In this document: positions 1-10,872 of the stretch, in pieces | How the letters are laid out: every line of letters starts with the position of its first letter | How positions within the stretch are numbered: position 1 is the first letter of the stretch | Assembly: GCF_026571515.1 (NCBI RefSeq) | Contig: NW_026859270.1 | Coordinates: 62,001 to 120,361, forward strand | Direction of reading: 5' to 3' | Origin: Ruditapes philippinarum | Taxonomy: Eukaryota | DNA: 58,361 nucleotides | Notes under the pieces: model-generated | Seen by the model: the letters and a program-made list of their open reading frames with translations, nothing else | Told to the model about the DNA's origin: nothing | Database searches by the model: none | Program-made: the position numbers and the translations under genes

Positions 1-290
1 ATTCTTGCATAGCAGACTGGTATTTCCGTGAGTTTTACCCATGCAGAAAATCTCATCTGGCATGGGGGTGTCAGATGAGTCGCGTGTCATACAACAACGT
101 CATTTTATGAATGAACCGCGTTAACATGACGTTATTTTAGAAGGGAACTATGTTCTTAGGATGACGTCATTTCGCCGTTGTTATTAAAGTTGTAAATTCA
201 TACGCTATTGTATTTTATTATTGTGTTTAATTTCCAAGTGGGGTAAACGATTTTAAATATGAAATAGTATGGCAGAATATGCAAGAAAAA

Positions 291-449
291 ATATCTGACA
301 TATGCTTGCGGTTTGGTTTGGAATGTCCGTCCCTCGGGAACGCGCCAATGGGCGGTAACTCGGCAAGCCTCGTTACAGCCAAATGGAGGGGGGAGGGGGG
401 GTCCCTCGGGAGGGATATTCCGATCTGAACTGCAACATATGACAAATAT
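291..449. mobile_element. Long imperfect palindrome, probable end of a non-autonomous hairpin-terminated (Crypton-like) element upstream of the Tc1 coding relic
   Basis: atatctgacatatgcttgcggtttggtttggaatgtccgtccctcggga is the imperfect reverse complement of tccctcgggagggatattccgatctgaactgcaacatatgacaaatat. Family assignment is by recollection only. Confidence 0.55.
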
Positions 450-469
450 TATTACACCTGCTAAACGAC

Positions 470-1200
470 ACCTTAGGCAACGTTTTCAAGCATTAGGGCT
501 TACAGAAGATCGACCGTGTACTAGACGCCAAGGCCGCTATATTCGGAACACCCACCTGTGCAATCGCTTCCAAACTGCCACAGCTTCTGCTGCTTACATC
601 CCTGGTACCCACAATAATCGTATATCTGCACAAAGTGCGCGCAATCCATAGCGCGAGGACGGGTAACGTGGACGCGAACCATACGTTTGTTGTGTTTTGA
701 GGCGACATCACCGTGTAAACCGTGTTAATTTGGCACGTACAAACCAACACTGGCTTAGACAACAATTGAATAGCGTTCTTAACTCAGACAAGTCGAGGTT
801 TTCCATTCATCGAGCTGATGACAGGGTTCGGGTATACCGTAGGAGAAATGAATGTTTTGCTTACTGCTGCGTACATGAACGAGATCGTTTTGGTGTGGGG
901 GTTTTGTTTTGGTCTGGGCAGGCATTGCACGTAGCTTTCGCACTAATCTTGTCGTTATCGAAGTGAATTTGAATGCCCAACGCTACCGAGATGAAATTCT
1001 CGCGAGGCATGTTATCACACTGTTTCAAAATAGGCCAACATCATGATAATGCCACAAGCCATACGGTTAGGGACACTGCGAGTTTCCTCAGGTCGAATAA
1101 CATTAAATTTATCAAAGACTGGCCTGCCAAAAGCCCTGATCTAAAAACCAATTGAACACATTTTGGGATAATTTAGACCAGCGTGTTAGACATCGCCCAA
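470..1200 (+). mobile_element. Degenerate Tc1/mariner (DD34E-type) transposase relic
   Basis: Fragments across several frames: LRQRFQA..DRP..RRQGRYIRNTH (HTH region), NSVLNSDKSRF..RVRVYRRRNE (WxxVLFSDESRF-like), QHHDNATSH, WPAKSPDL..IEH.WD. Frameshifts and stops throughout. Bases 1-130 may be its 5' non-coding part. Confidence 0.9.
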
Positions 1201-1509
1201 TCATAATGCTGATCCGTTGCCAGGCAGTCCTGAAATTCATTCAGCTGACGACAATTATATTGAGAGGTTGCGCTAAACGTCAAGATATAATTTTACAAAT
1301 ACATGTATTGTTACTTAGTATTGTAGAGGCTGTTTTCAGATATTTATATAAACAACCCACATATAATAACTTGTCAAATGAAACCAGTTATTGAAATATA
1401 AATTTTAACAGCTGTTACTGTGAATAAAAAACGCCTCAATTATTATTGAAAATGCAAATACTCTTGATGATGGTGGACTTATTATATATCATATATCACG
1501 TATAGAATT

Positions 1510-1667
1510 NNNNNNNNNNNNNNNNNNNNNNNNNNNNNNNNNNNNNNNNNNNNNNNNNNNNNNNNNNNNNNNNNNNNNNNNNNNNNNNNNNNNNNNNNNN
1601 NNNNNNNNNNNNNNNNNNNNNNNNNNNNNNNNNNNNNNNNNNNNNNNNNNNNNNNNNNNNNNNNNNN
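1510..1667. other. Assembly gap (others at 7462-7606 and 32239-32380)
   Basis: N runs. Confidence 1.
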
Positions 1668-1920
1668 TTGGTCATTTGACAGTGCGCCAGGCAAATCTTT
1701 CAGAAGAAATTGATTTTGTTAAGATTACAGTATAGCCGTGAATTTCAATTTCATTTTATTTCAAATCTTATTCCTTATTTTCTTAGTGCTTTTCTAAGTT
1801 GGGTTTTACGTCACACCAACACAGTATCAGAAAAGGCACGTTTTGTTTTCAGAAACAAACAATAACACAACTTCTAACTGATCTATCATTTTGTTTTCAT
1901 TTATCTTTTCAATTTACATT

Positions 1921-3964
1921 TTATTTTCCAACAACACTAGGACTTGAAGAATCTTCGAACAGAAGAAATCCAGAGAACATACTCCGAGCTCCACCGATGA
2001 AGGATTTATCTGAATCAATATTTTGGATTGTGAAGACATCCCCTTTCCGCACGGGAAGAACAATGGTTTGGCTAATCGTATCCTGACCCGATCCTGCGCC
2101 GCTGACAATCATCACCGTCATGGGCTGACCATTCCACATAAAACGCACCTGTGCGTTAACATTAGAGAATGATACAAGGGTTGCAGAAAACACGTATATT
2201 CCTGAAACCGGGGCAACAAATGCTCCTGATTTATTGTTGTAGCCATTTCCTATATTGATGGCTACAACTTCGAAGATGAAATTCTGGTGGACCCCAGCAT
2301 GTTCTAGGTTTTCGTCCATTTTCGCGAAAAAGGCCACGGGAGTTCCATTTCCAAATCTCCTTATTCTGATTTTGTTTGCATCTTAAAATAAAATCAACAA
2401 AGATATTTTTATACACAAAACAAAACCAACAGCTACAACAACAGCAACAACAACAAGTAAAAAGCAAAACAGACGAAAATACACAAATAACAAACAACAA
2501 AAACATCCCCAAAGAAGAAAAAGATAACAATTAAAAAATAGATAAAAAAACCAACAGCAAAAGAAAATCACCAACCACAAGAACAAAAAAAACCCCAACA
2601 AAACACAAAAACAAAACACCATTTTACAGCATATGGTTAATGAACACCGAAGAAACCATATGCTGTTTGATAAATACATTATTCGAAAATTCGGACATGA
2701 CGTGACATGATATTTTTGTTCGAGATTTCTTTTTCATATTTTTCATTTTTTCATTATCTTGAACAATAAATTGTGTGCACAAAATTTATGCTTACTTGCT
2801 CACTTCATTTCTTCCAGAAATATCATATTATTGCTCAAAATGACGGCAAAATGAACCTTTTTAATATGATATAATCGGGCTAAGAATCATACAAAAAATC
2901 TATTTTGAATTTGATTCTGGTTATATCATTTTTCTTATCTTTTTGTAAAATATTACGTTTTAAGTGTCATATTTGATCAATGTTAGACATTTAAATTGTT
3001 GTCAACCTTATTGGAGCTACTTTAATATACTTATGAGGCAAAATTTCGTTAAAAATGTATAAAATTATTTCATTGATGTATGACCTTGCTTGATGTTCAC
3101 GTCACTCGGCTGTCTCTTGATTACTGAATTTACATCTTCCAAAGACCCCGTCTCTAGTTTACTGGTTGTTAAGCTGTTATGTTTTCCAAAGTTGTTATGT
3201 TGTCGCTGCGAGTGTAACTGTTTCTTTAACTCGACAATCTGCTCCCTATGGATTAGGTCCTGAGCTTTAAGGCTTGCAACTTCATCGAAAAGATCATGAA
3301 CGAGCTTTTCAGTTGCTTCCAGTCTTTTCAGAATGGCGGACTCTGCTTCTAAAAAAGGAAACAATGTTTCGATGTTGTTATGTTTTGATGAAAGTTTTGG
3401 AAATGTTAAAACATCTAAGCAAGGAAGATAACCGATATGAATAGGATAAATAGGTATATGCGTGAGTAGCCCGGGATTCAGGCGTTGATTGTTTTTCCGT
3501 ATTCATATGTGCGTTATTTCGTGTTCGTTCGTGTTTTTGATAGTGTCGATTTGCCGAACATAAAAAAATTGACACACCTGAACTCAGGCTAATGCGTGTG
3601 TAACGTTTTGGACTTTCAGCGGACCAAAATACGATGTTACCATTTTACATTAAGAAATGATACCCTCTGACGTCACATAATACTTTAATTTAAATGAGTT
3701 AACATGACAGACTTATATGAAATGTATCTAGGCATTATCCAGCTTTGAAACATTTATGGCACAGGTAACGCCAGAAAAATCACAAGAAACATAATCAACG
3801 CTTAAGTAAAAATTACAACTTATAATATAACTATTTCTGCAAAAAGATCAGTTTAGTTTGTATCTAAGATCAAGAAATAATTTCCTCAAACATTACTTAC
3901 CAGAATCAGCTAATGCCATTCCAGACATAGTCGCACAAATCAAAATTAGAACTTGATACATCAT
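1921..3964 (-). CDS. Secreted coiled-coil C1q-domain protein, type A copy 1 (intact, ~262 aa)
   Basis: Exons 3964-3901 (MMYQVLILICATMSGMALADS), 3348-3085 (EAESAILKRLEATEK.. coiled coil), 2381-1921 (DANKIRIRRFGNGTPVAFFAK..GAFVAPVSGIYVFS..FSGFLLF). GT-AG introns, phase 1, frame closes. Confidence 0.92.
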
Positions 3965-4088
3965 TGAAACTCTGGACCAAACACCTACTTTTAACATCAG
4001 GGTTAAAAGTGATACGGAACGAGGTTCTTTTTGTATACGATTTTGTAGGCACGATAACGAATACGTCATAATTCTTTTACGGAGTTAA

Positions 4089-4099
4089 TGACCTATATT
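4089..4099 (-). promoter_or_regulatory. Conserved promoter motif AATATAGGTCA (extended nuclear-receptor half-site, RORE-like) in type A and B genes
   Basis: TGACCTATATT at 4089, 6820, 10999, 13834, 31734, 35059, 42955 (variant at 45743), about 110-135 bp upstream of each ATG and beyond a TATA-like element. Confidence 0.5.
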
Positions 4100-5238
4100 T
4101 TTGACAAAGATTAGCACATACAAGAGTTTATTTAATTGATGCTAAACAAATTTTGATAATGTCGACTTTATTCCTCATACCTATATATTTTCATAAGTAT
4201 ATTAAATGTATAGATAAGACTGGAAGTCAATTGAGATCAAATGATTTTGAACATATTGTTGACACTGAAATTGTCTTCATTGCCCATCTAATGTACCTAT
4301 ATGTTTTACTCCATAACATATGTGTTATATACCGACATACCAATGTTAAATCACTTAAAACATTATCATTTTTTTATTTAAAAAAATTGTATAATTATAT
4401 TCAAATGATACATTTCTATTTTTTTAACCAAAATTCGAAATACTTTAAGAAAATAATCTGGTATAAAATTATTCATCTTTTACAAGTAAAAGTATGAAGT
4501 TTCACTTTAAAAGGTCGCTGTAGTTTTTATTGTAAACCGTATCATAGTTGTTTACTGGCCAATTACTTTTTAACATCACATGTTTGAGTTTGTCGATTAT
4601 TTATTATTTCAGCTGTAACGATGGTTTTTCTGCGGTAGACTTTTATCCCTAAAACTGCCGATTAAGCAATAATTACTTGTAAACTGTAGACAACGGTTAA
4701 AATGCATTTTCATTTTTTATTTCAAAAGGTATGATACGCATATATTTTGATATATTATTCTTTTACATACTGTTACCATATATATCAAGCACTATTGGTA
4801 TGTTAAAAGACTGATTATGCCTCAGAAAACAATATTTTTTAATTCTTTAGATGTTAAATTTGTTCAATAATGTCTTAATAATAATGGATTTAGAGCATTT
4901 TTGAGGTTGAACAACTGAAGAGAGTAGCACTGAACATTTAGTTATGTGCCGTAAAGGTTGCAGAAAAAAAAAGAAAAAATGATAAATGATAGTATTTCTA
5001 AGGCTTTATGAGCCTTAAAGTTTAATCAAATCTTTTTGCTCAACTCAAAACACTTTTACTTTAAAATAACTTCTGTTTTCGAGGAAATCACTTTTAACAG
5101 CTATCAACTATGTCTATAACAACATCAATGCGATATTATTATAATTTTGTAATAATATTGCATGAAAAACTTAAAGAAAACAAATGATAAAACTGATCTC
5201 AGAATTATTTATTCTTTCTTGTATCTTTACATTTCATT

Positions 5239-6710
5239 TCATTTTCCAACGACACTTGGACTTGAGAAATCCTCAAACAGAAGAAACCCAGAGAAGGTAC
5301 TATGGCTCCCGCCATAGAAAGACTTGTCGGTGTCTGAATTTTGGACCGTCACGTCATCCCCCTTTTGCAGCTGAAGAACTATTGTTTGGCTTGTTGTATC
5401 ATAACCGGCTTCAGCACCGCTAACATACATTGTTGTGACAGCTTGGCCGTTCTTTACAAATTGTGCATGTGCACTTACATGATAGAATGAAACAAGGGTT
5501 GCGGAGAATACGTATGTTCCTGACATCGGAGCTATGAATGTCCCTACATGACTGTGGTAACCATTTCCTACATAAGTGACAACCGTTTCAAAGATGAAAT
5601 TCTGATGGATACCAGCATGTTCCAGATGTTTGTCCATTTTTGCGAAAAAAGCCACGGGAGTTTCATTTTCGGCTCTTCGTATTCTGTTTACATGTGCATC
5701 TATAAATTACATCAATTCATTTTTTCTTTAAACTTCAACGATTGTTCAGAAATGTATACAATATTCCTAAAATCTAAGTTGAAAAACTTATGTTATCAGG
5801 GATATTATAAATGCTAGCAACAATTCAAAATTTCATGTAATAGAATAATTATATATTGCATAAAGAAAGTTCATTTCAAAATCAAAGGAATCCTATTATG
5901 TCATGGATAAAACAAGAAATGCTGTTACCATGTTTGGTTTCAACATGATCCGGATTTCTATTGCTGACTGATAGACTGTCTTCCACGGGACCCGTCTTTA
6001 GTTTACTGGTACTTAGCCTGTTAAGTTTTCCAACGTTGTCCCTGCCAGTGTAACTGTTTCTTCAAGCCGACAATTTGCTCTTTATGGATTTGGTCCTGCA
6101 CTTTCAAGCTTGCCACTTCATCAAAGAGATTTTGAACGAGCCTTTCTGTTGCTTCCAGCCTTTTTAGAATAGCGGACTCTGTTTCTAATAAGAGATAGTG
6201 AAGACACATTTGAACTTCTTGATTAATTATTTCGAAACCTGCTTGCATTATACAATCCCTTAAGCTTGTATGAGTTATGTCAAATATAACATATAAAGCA
6301 ATGGATATGTATATGTGTATATGTGAAGGGTTTCATTGACAAATATAGGCAAAACAGCTGTGAACTCGCTCAAGTTTGTAAAGTCCCCAAAGATTCAATC
6401 GGTGTTCAACCGGCCTGGGTATGATTCGATAGTTATTTTACTAATATAAATTTGTCAATTGAATAACAAACGTAATAAAAAGGTCTTATTAAATTGTTTA
6501 AGGAAGAATGTTGGTCAACAAAAATAATATAACCGACTTTAGCATATGGTAACAAGCACAAGTAAAAGGAAACACGAAATAATGCTTTTTCTAAAACAAA
6601 TTATATATTTGATAAATTCAAAATCATGTCTTCACAAATGACTTACCAGACTCAGCTGTTGCCATTCCAGACACAGTTAAACATATTAGAATTAAAACTT
6701 GATGCATCAT
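5239..6710 (-). pseudogene. C1qDC type B copy 1, 11-bp frameshifting deletion in exon 2
   Basis: Exons 6710-6647, 6184-5929 (256 nt vs 267 in other B copies; + strand ggtaactgtta missing near 6033, giving WQGQRWKT*), 5699-5239 (intact C1q exon). Confidence 0.85.
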
Positions 6711-7314
6711 TGATTCTTTAAACCAAACTCTTTGTTTAAAATCAAATTTGAATATGACAAGGACTCATTTGTTTTCTAAATACGACCATAGATGTTATCA
6801 TCATAATTTACGCTATTTATGACCTATATTGGACACAGGACTTATTTTGAAGATTGACACGTTGGAAAATGTACTTGTAGGCACCATGTGTCCTCGGCTA
6901 ATTCGTCCTGAGTCGTTTCGTCACAAAAACATCTCTGAGAAGTAATACTTGATGAAATACCGGATTAAGGTGATAATTTTTTTTCAAAACATATGATTAT
7001 TCACTCGTTAGATCAAAGAAAGATTTTTCATTTGTAATAACGTTTTGCAAACTATGATTTAAAAATCTTCAATTTCACAATCATTTTCTTCAAAAGGTTA
7101 CCAAAGAAATCAAAGAATGACAAAAACGTAAATTATATATAGATGACAAATACTGTTAAGTACCTTTAAATGTACGCTGTTTTGTTGTTGCAATTTACTA
7201 TAGTATTTAATTACATACTATACTTAGTGAATCAGTACTCATAGTAAACTTAACCCCGCGTGGCATTGAGACTCTTAATTGATAACCAATAGACATCTTT
7301 ATAAATGTTTAGTC

Positions 7315-7461
7315 ACAATTTTCGTGTTTAAATGTTGAATTCTGTTTAAACCGGTGCTAGCGGGCGGTGACGGTAACTTGCACTTTCCAGTTCCGTCGAT
7401 GAACAGGCTCAATCAAACCGAGCCTGCAACATTATCAATTTTGCTTTTAAGGGGTTCCTTT
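7315..7461 (+). mobile_element. Duplicated copy of the 26313 insertion, cut by an assembly gap
   Basis: Same left flank and same motif as 26313-26460; runs into Ns at 7462. Confidence 0.75.
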
Positions 7462-9175
7462 NNNNNNNNNNNNNNNNNNNNNNNNNNNNNNNNNNNNNNN
7501 NNNNNNNNNNNNNNNNNNNNNNNNNNNNNNNNNNNNNNNNNNNNNNNNNNNNNNNNNNNNNNNNNNNNNNNNNNNNNNNNNNNNNNNNNNNNNNNNNNNN
7601 NNNNNNTCTGGTATGATAAAATATATTTTACTGACTAGTATTTACTTTTGTGTGTGCTTCTTTCGTTGGTAGAAGAATGCAGTCCGTGCATCAAATACAT
7701 CATCATGAGTATTCAACGAGGTTAATAGACCATGTCAAATCTTTCAAAGCTACACCTGTCATATGTTTACAACACTTAAGCAGTAAGAATTATACATAAT
7801 ATTTATACTATACAAACTTATGTTGTTTAAATTTGGATTATATACTATAAACATAAACATTGCAGAAAAATGATGACATATTTATAATGATAGAATGTTT
7901 TATATAAAAAAAATTGTGAATGTGTCATTTACATGAAACAGGTTCTTCAATCTGGCATGATACAAAACACATTTTAGACAAGGCATTTTTGAATATTCCA
8001 TGTATTCTATGTTCACTTCCATTGAGTGTATCGGTGGAATACTTTTCGGTATACTGGACTTGAGATCAAATGGTTTTAAACAATTTTAATGCACCTCCAT
8101 TATCTAAATCGCACTGTTATTAAAAAAGTTTGAACCAATATCATATGAATACTTAACTGTAGCTATATCTCAAGAGATAATTAAATAATATTTAGTTCCA
8201 GATCAGGTGTCTTTATTAAAATTAAACCACTTTGATTTAGCGTCCATCTATAAAATTTTCAGAGTGATAAATGTATAAAATAAATTATTAAATACTGTAT
8301 AATCAAATCTAAATTTGCAGATTTGTAGAAAGAAAAATAAACACAAATAAAATGATGATTATATTTTAATAAATTCATTTTTTCTGCCAATCCTCAATAT
8401 AATCAATCATTCTTTGACTTATTTATTTGGAATATAACAGCAATAATGATAAGCTACATATTAATATATAAAATTTCAGTTTTATCTTATGTGCAGTTTG
8501 CATCTGACATTGATATGAATATGTATTTGTCAATAAACTATTACAAATATGAATCCGACTCAATTAGAAATTAGTTACATGCTTGGAGGATCGGCGATTT
8601 TAGCGATATTCCCTCTATTGTCTTATAGAAAGGAAAACTTCATTATGTCGAAGTTAGATACTTGCGTAGAAACTTCGACACATCGGGTCTTCGACTTATG
8701 AATATACATGCATATTGTTATAAGTTAAGCAGTGTGGCGTTCAAATTTATCCTAATTAATTAAATGACTCTAAGCTTAATTTTGAAGATAATTATAGTCG
8801 CATCGTAGTATCCTGAAAATACCAAATGCGATGACAAAAATAATAAGATTGGAGATTCTTGTCATGAATGTAGGAACTAATTAAGGTTAAAGAGAGTGAA
8901 GCATTGCTGGACAATTTGTTTTTTCCTTTCTTTATTTAGTTCATTGAGATCCACCAATTTGTTGTTTATATTTCAAATCAGGAAAATTCTTATCCTGGTC
9001 AGGTTTTATGTTTTAATGATAACAATGTTTCCCTTTATTAGAATCTTTGTCTCTAAAACGGACAAAAATAGTTTCTAAGTACTTGAATACTTCTAATGTA
9101 TATGTTATTCGTTAATTTCTTGATTCTTTGATAATAATTTAAGCGCATACATTGATTAACTGTGAAATGCGACTT

Positions 9176-9578
9176 TGAGGGATGTTGCACTTATTCATAA
9201 TCCCTCATGTACAGACTCAATCAAACCGAGTCTGCAATTCTTATGTAATTTTGTTGTGATAATGCTTCCGAGGGATCACTTTGTTTCCAGATTTTTATAC
9301 TTCACAACAGCAGGTGTCAAGTGCTCTGTGGCAGCTGTAAAAAGTTGCCCCGTACTTCACTTCAGTGTTGTTATATTTTTCTGGTCCTTCGGGATCATTG
9401 ATGCCAGCACTATTAAGTGTTGAGAATTGAGTACCGCTCAAGCCGGTGCTAGGGGGCGTGAGGGATGTTGCACTTATTCATAATCCCTCATGTACAGACT
9501 CAATCAAACCGAGTCTGCAATTCTTATGTAATTTTGTTGTGATAATGCTTCCGAGGGATCACTTTGTTTCCAGATTTT
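9176..9578 (+). mobile_element. Small insertion with identical 120-bp terminal direct repeats (283-bp period, ~1.4 copies); retrozyme-, Penelope pLTR- or TRIM-like
   Basis: 9176-9295 equals 9459-9578. Absent from the four paralogous X blocks (empty site aaatgcgtcttt|aataataa, e.g. ~28081-28100). Confidence 0.85.
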
Positions 9579-10419
9579 AATAATAAATTTACAGCGCATA
9601 TTGATTTTTGCCTTAACCGATTAGAAACAAATATCTTAATTTATACCCAGACAAACATTTGTATCTATATAGCTTGTATTTATAAAGCTCAATTCATACT
9701 GATAGTACAGAAATATTTATAAATAATCACAATATATCTTACGAATCAAATATATATGGATTTAATAAAGTGCCAGAACGTGAGACATACATTGTGAATG
9801 TATGAAATAAATGAGAGTACAGAAAGCAAATTGCAACAATGATGTACCGGCGTTCATTTAGTTAAATGAAAGGTCAACCTTACATTGGTCCATTGTTTAA
9901 TGAAATTTCGAATCAGGAATATTGTTATTCCGCTCAGATCTAATGCGTATTGTTTTCTTCATTTGGTATTTCTTGCGACGTTTATTGTTCAATAGTTAAG
10001 TAAAGTGTTGTTGTGTCGTATAATAAACTCGACAAGTGTTAAACCTTTTGCAAATTTTAAATACAGAGAAAAGTGCATGTTGTAAGCATTCGTTCAATCG
10101 AACCTTAAAATTTCATTTTAAAGAATCAAGCGAGCTGCAACAGAAAATATAGCTAGCTTAAGCATCAGTCAACTTTGAAATATCAAATCACGATGGAACA
10201 AATAATATGGGCTATTTCGAAATGTTGCCGCCAAGTCATACATTGAAAGTCAATTTGTTATAACTCGAATACCCCGTTAACATAAATAAGTCTGCAAGGG
10301 TCTTTATATTTATACATAATGTTATACATTTAGTTTGAGAATAATGTGGTACATTGGTGGCATGCCATTAATACATAATGTTAAATAATTTTAACAAACT
10401 GGATTTAAGGTACACATGA

Positions 10420-10678
10420 AAATGAAGTATACCATTTTTATTTATATAAAGAATAAAGTATACCATTTTTATTGATATAAAAATGGAATATACCATTTTA
10501 AATGATGTAAAATGAAGCATATCACTTTTGTTGATTGATGTATAAAAATGAATTTTACCATTTTATTGATATAAGAATGAAGTATACTATTTCTATTGAT
10601 ATTAAAATGAAGAATATAATTTTATTTGATTTTAAAAAATGATGTATACCATTTTTTACTGATATTAGAATGAAGTAT
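10420..10678. repeat. ~29-30 bp minisatellite (aaaaatgaagtataccatttttattgatat)
   Basis: Degenerate tandem units; also at ~17968-18175, ~28931-29175, ~38594-38778 and ~48651-48922 with varying copy number. Confidence 0.85.
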
Positions 10679-10821
10679 TAATCAACCAGAAAAATATCTG
10701 GCCTAAGAATAAGGTGACAAGCCTTAGTAAAAATAACAACTTATTTATAAAACATCTATTTCCAAATGTAGATAACTTTGTAGATAAAAAAAAAAAAAGT
10801 ATTTCCTCAAACATTACTTAC

Positions 10822-10872
10822 CAGAATCATCTAATGCCATTCCAGACACAGTCGCAAAAATTGATACATCAT
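10822..10872 (-). pseudogene. Orphan type A exon 1 (signal peptide) with 13-bp deletion; exons 2-3 absent
   Basis: Matches 3901-3964 with ATGATG start and gtaagt donor but is 51 nt instead of 64. Promoter (10880-11020) and part of intron 1 (from ~10680) retained; no C1q exon between 6710 and 10820. Confidence 0.85.

Larger units (their letters stand above)
7607..10678. repeat. Intergenic spacer block X, copy 1 of 5
   Basis: Colinear with ~15590-18260 (continuing 19437-20000), ~26540-29830, ~36290-39420 and ~46725-49815. No conserved ORF. Confidence 0.9.

Noticed and set aside
2231-2679. Hydrophobic and poly-Cys ORFs (also 41188-41460)
   Set aside because: Translations of the low-complexity A/C-rich intron 2.
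8560-8900. Well-conserved part of spacer X with short ORFs (16376, 37184) and a CDDKNNKIGDSCHEC-like peptide
   Set aside because: In-frame stops, no consistent ORF or splice pattern across five copies; the ttcgac repeats look like a decayed MITE end.
9176-9578. Hammerhead, twister, pistol or canonical HDV ribozyme; tRNA gene
   Set aside because: No CUGANGA/GAAA core on either strand, no convincing twister or pistol consensus, no HDV J4/2 cytosine and no cloverleaf seen by eye.
10420-10678. CRISPR-like ~30-bp periodicity
   Set aside because: Contiguous degenerate tandem units with no unique spacers, in a eukaryotic context.
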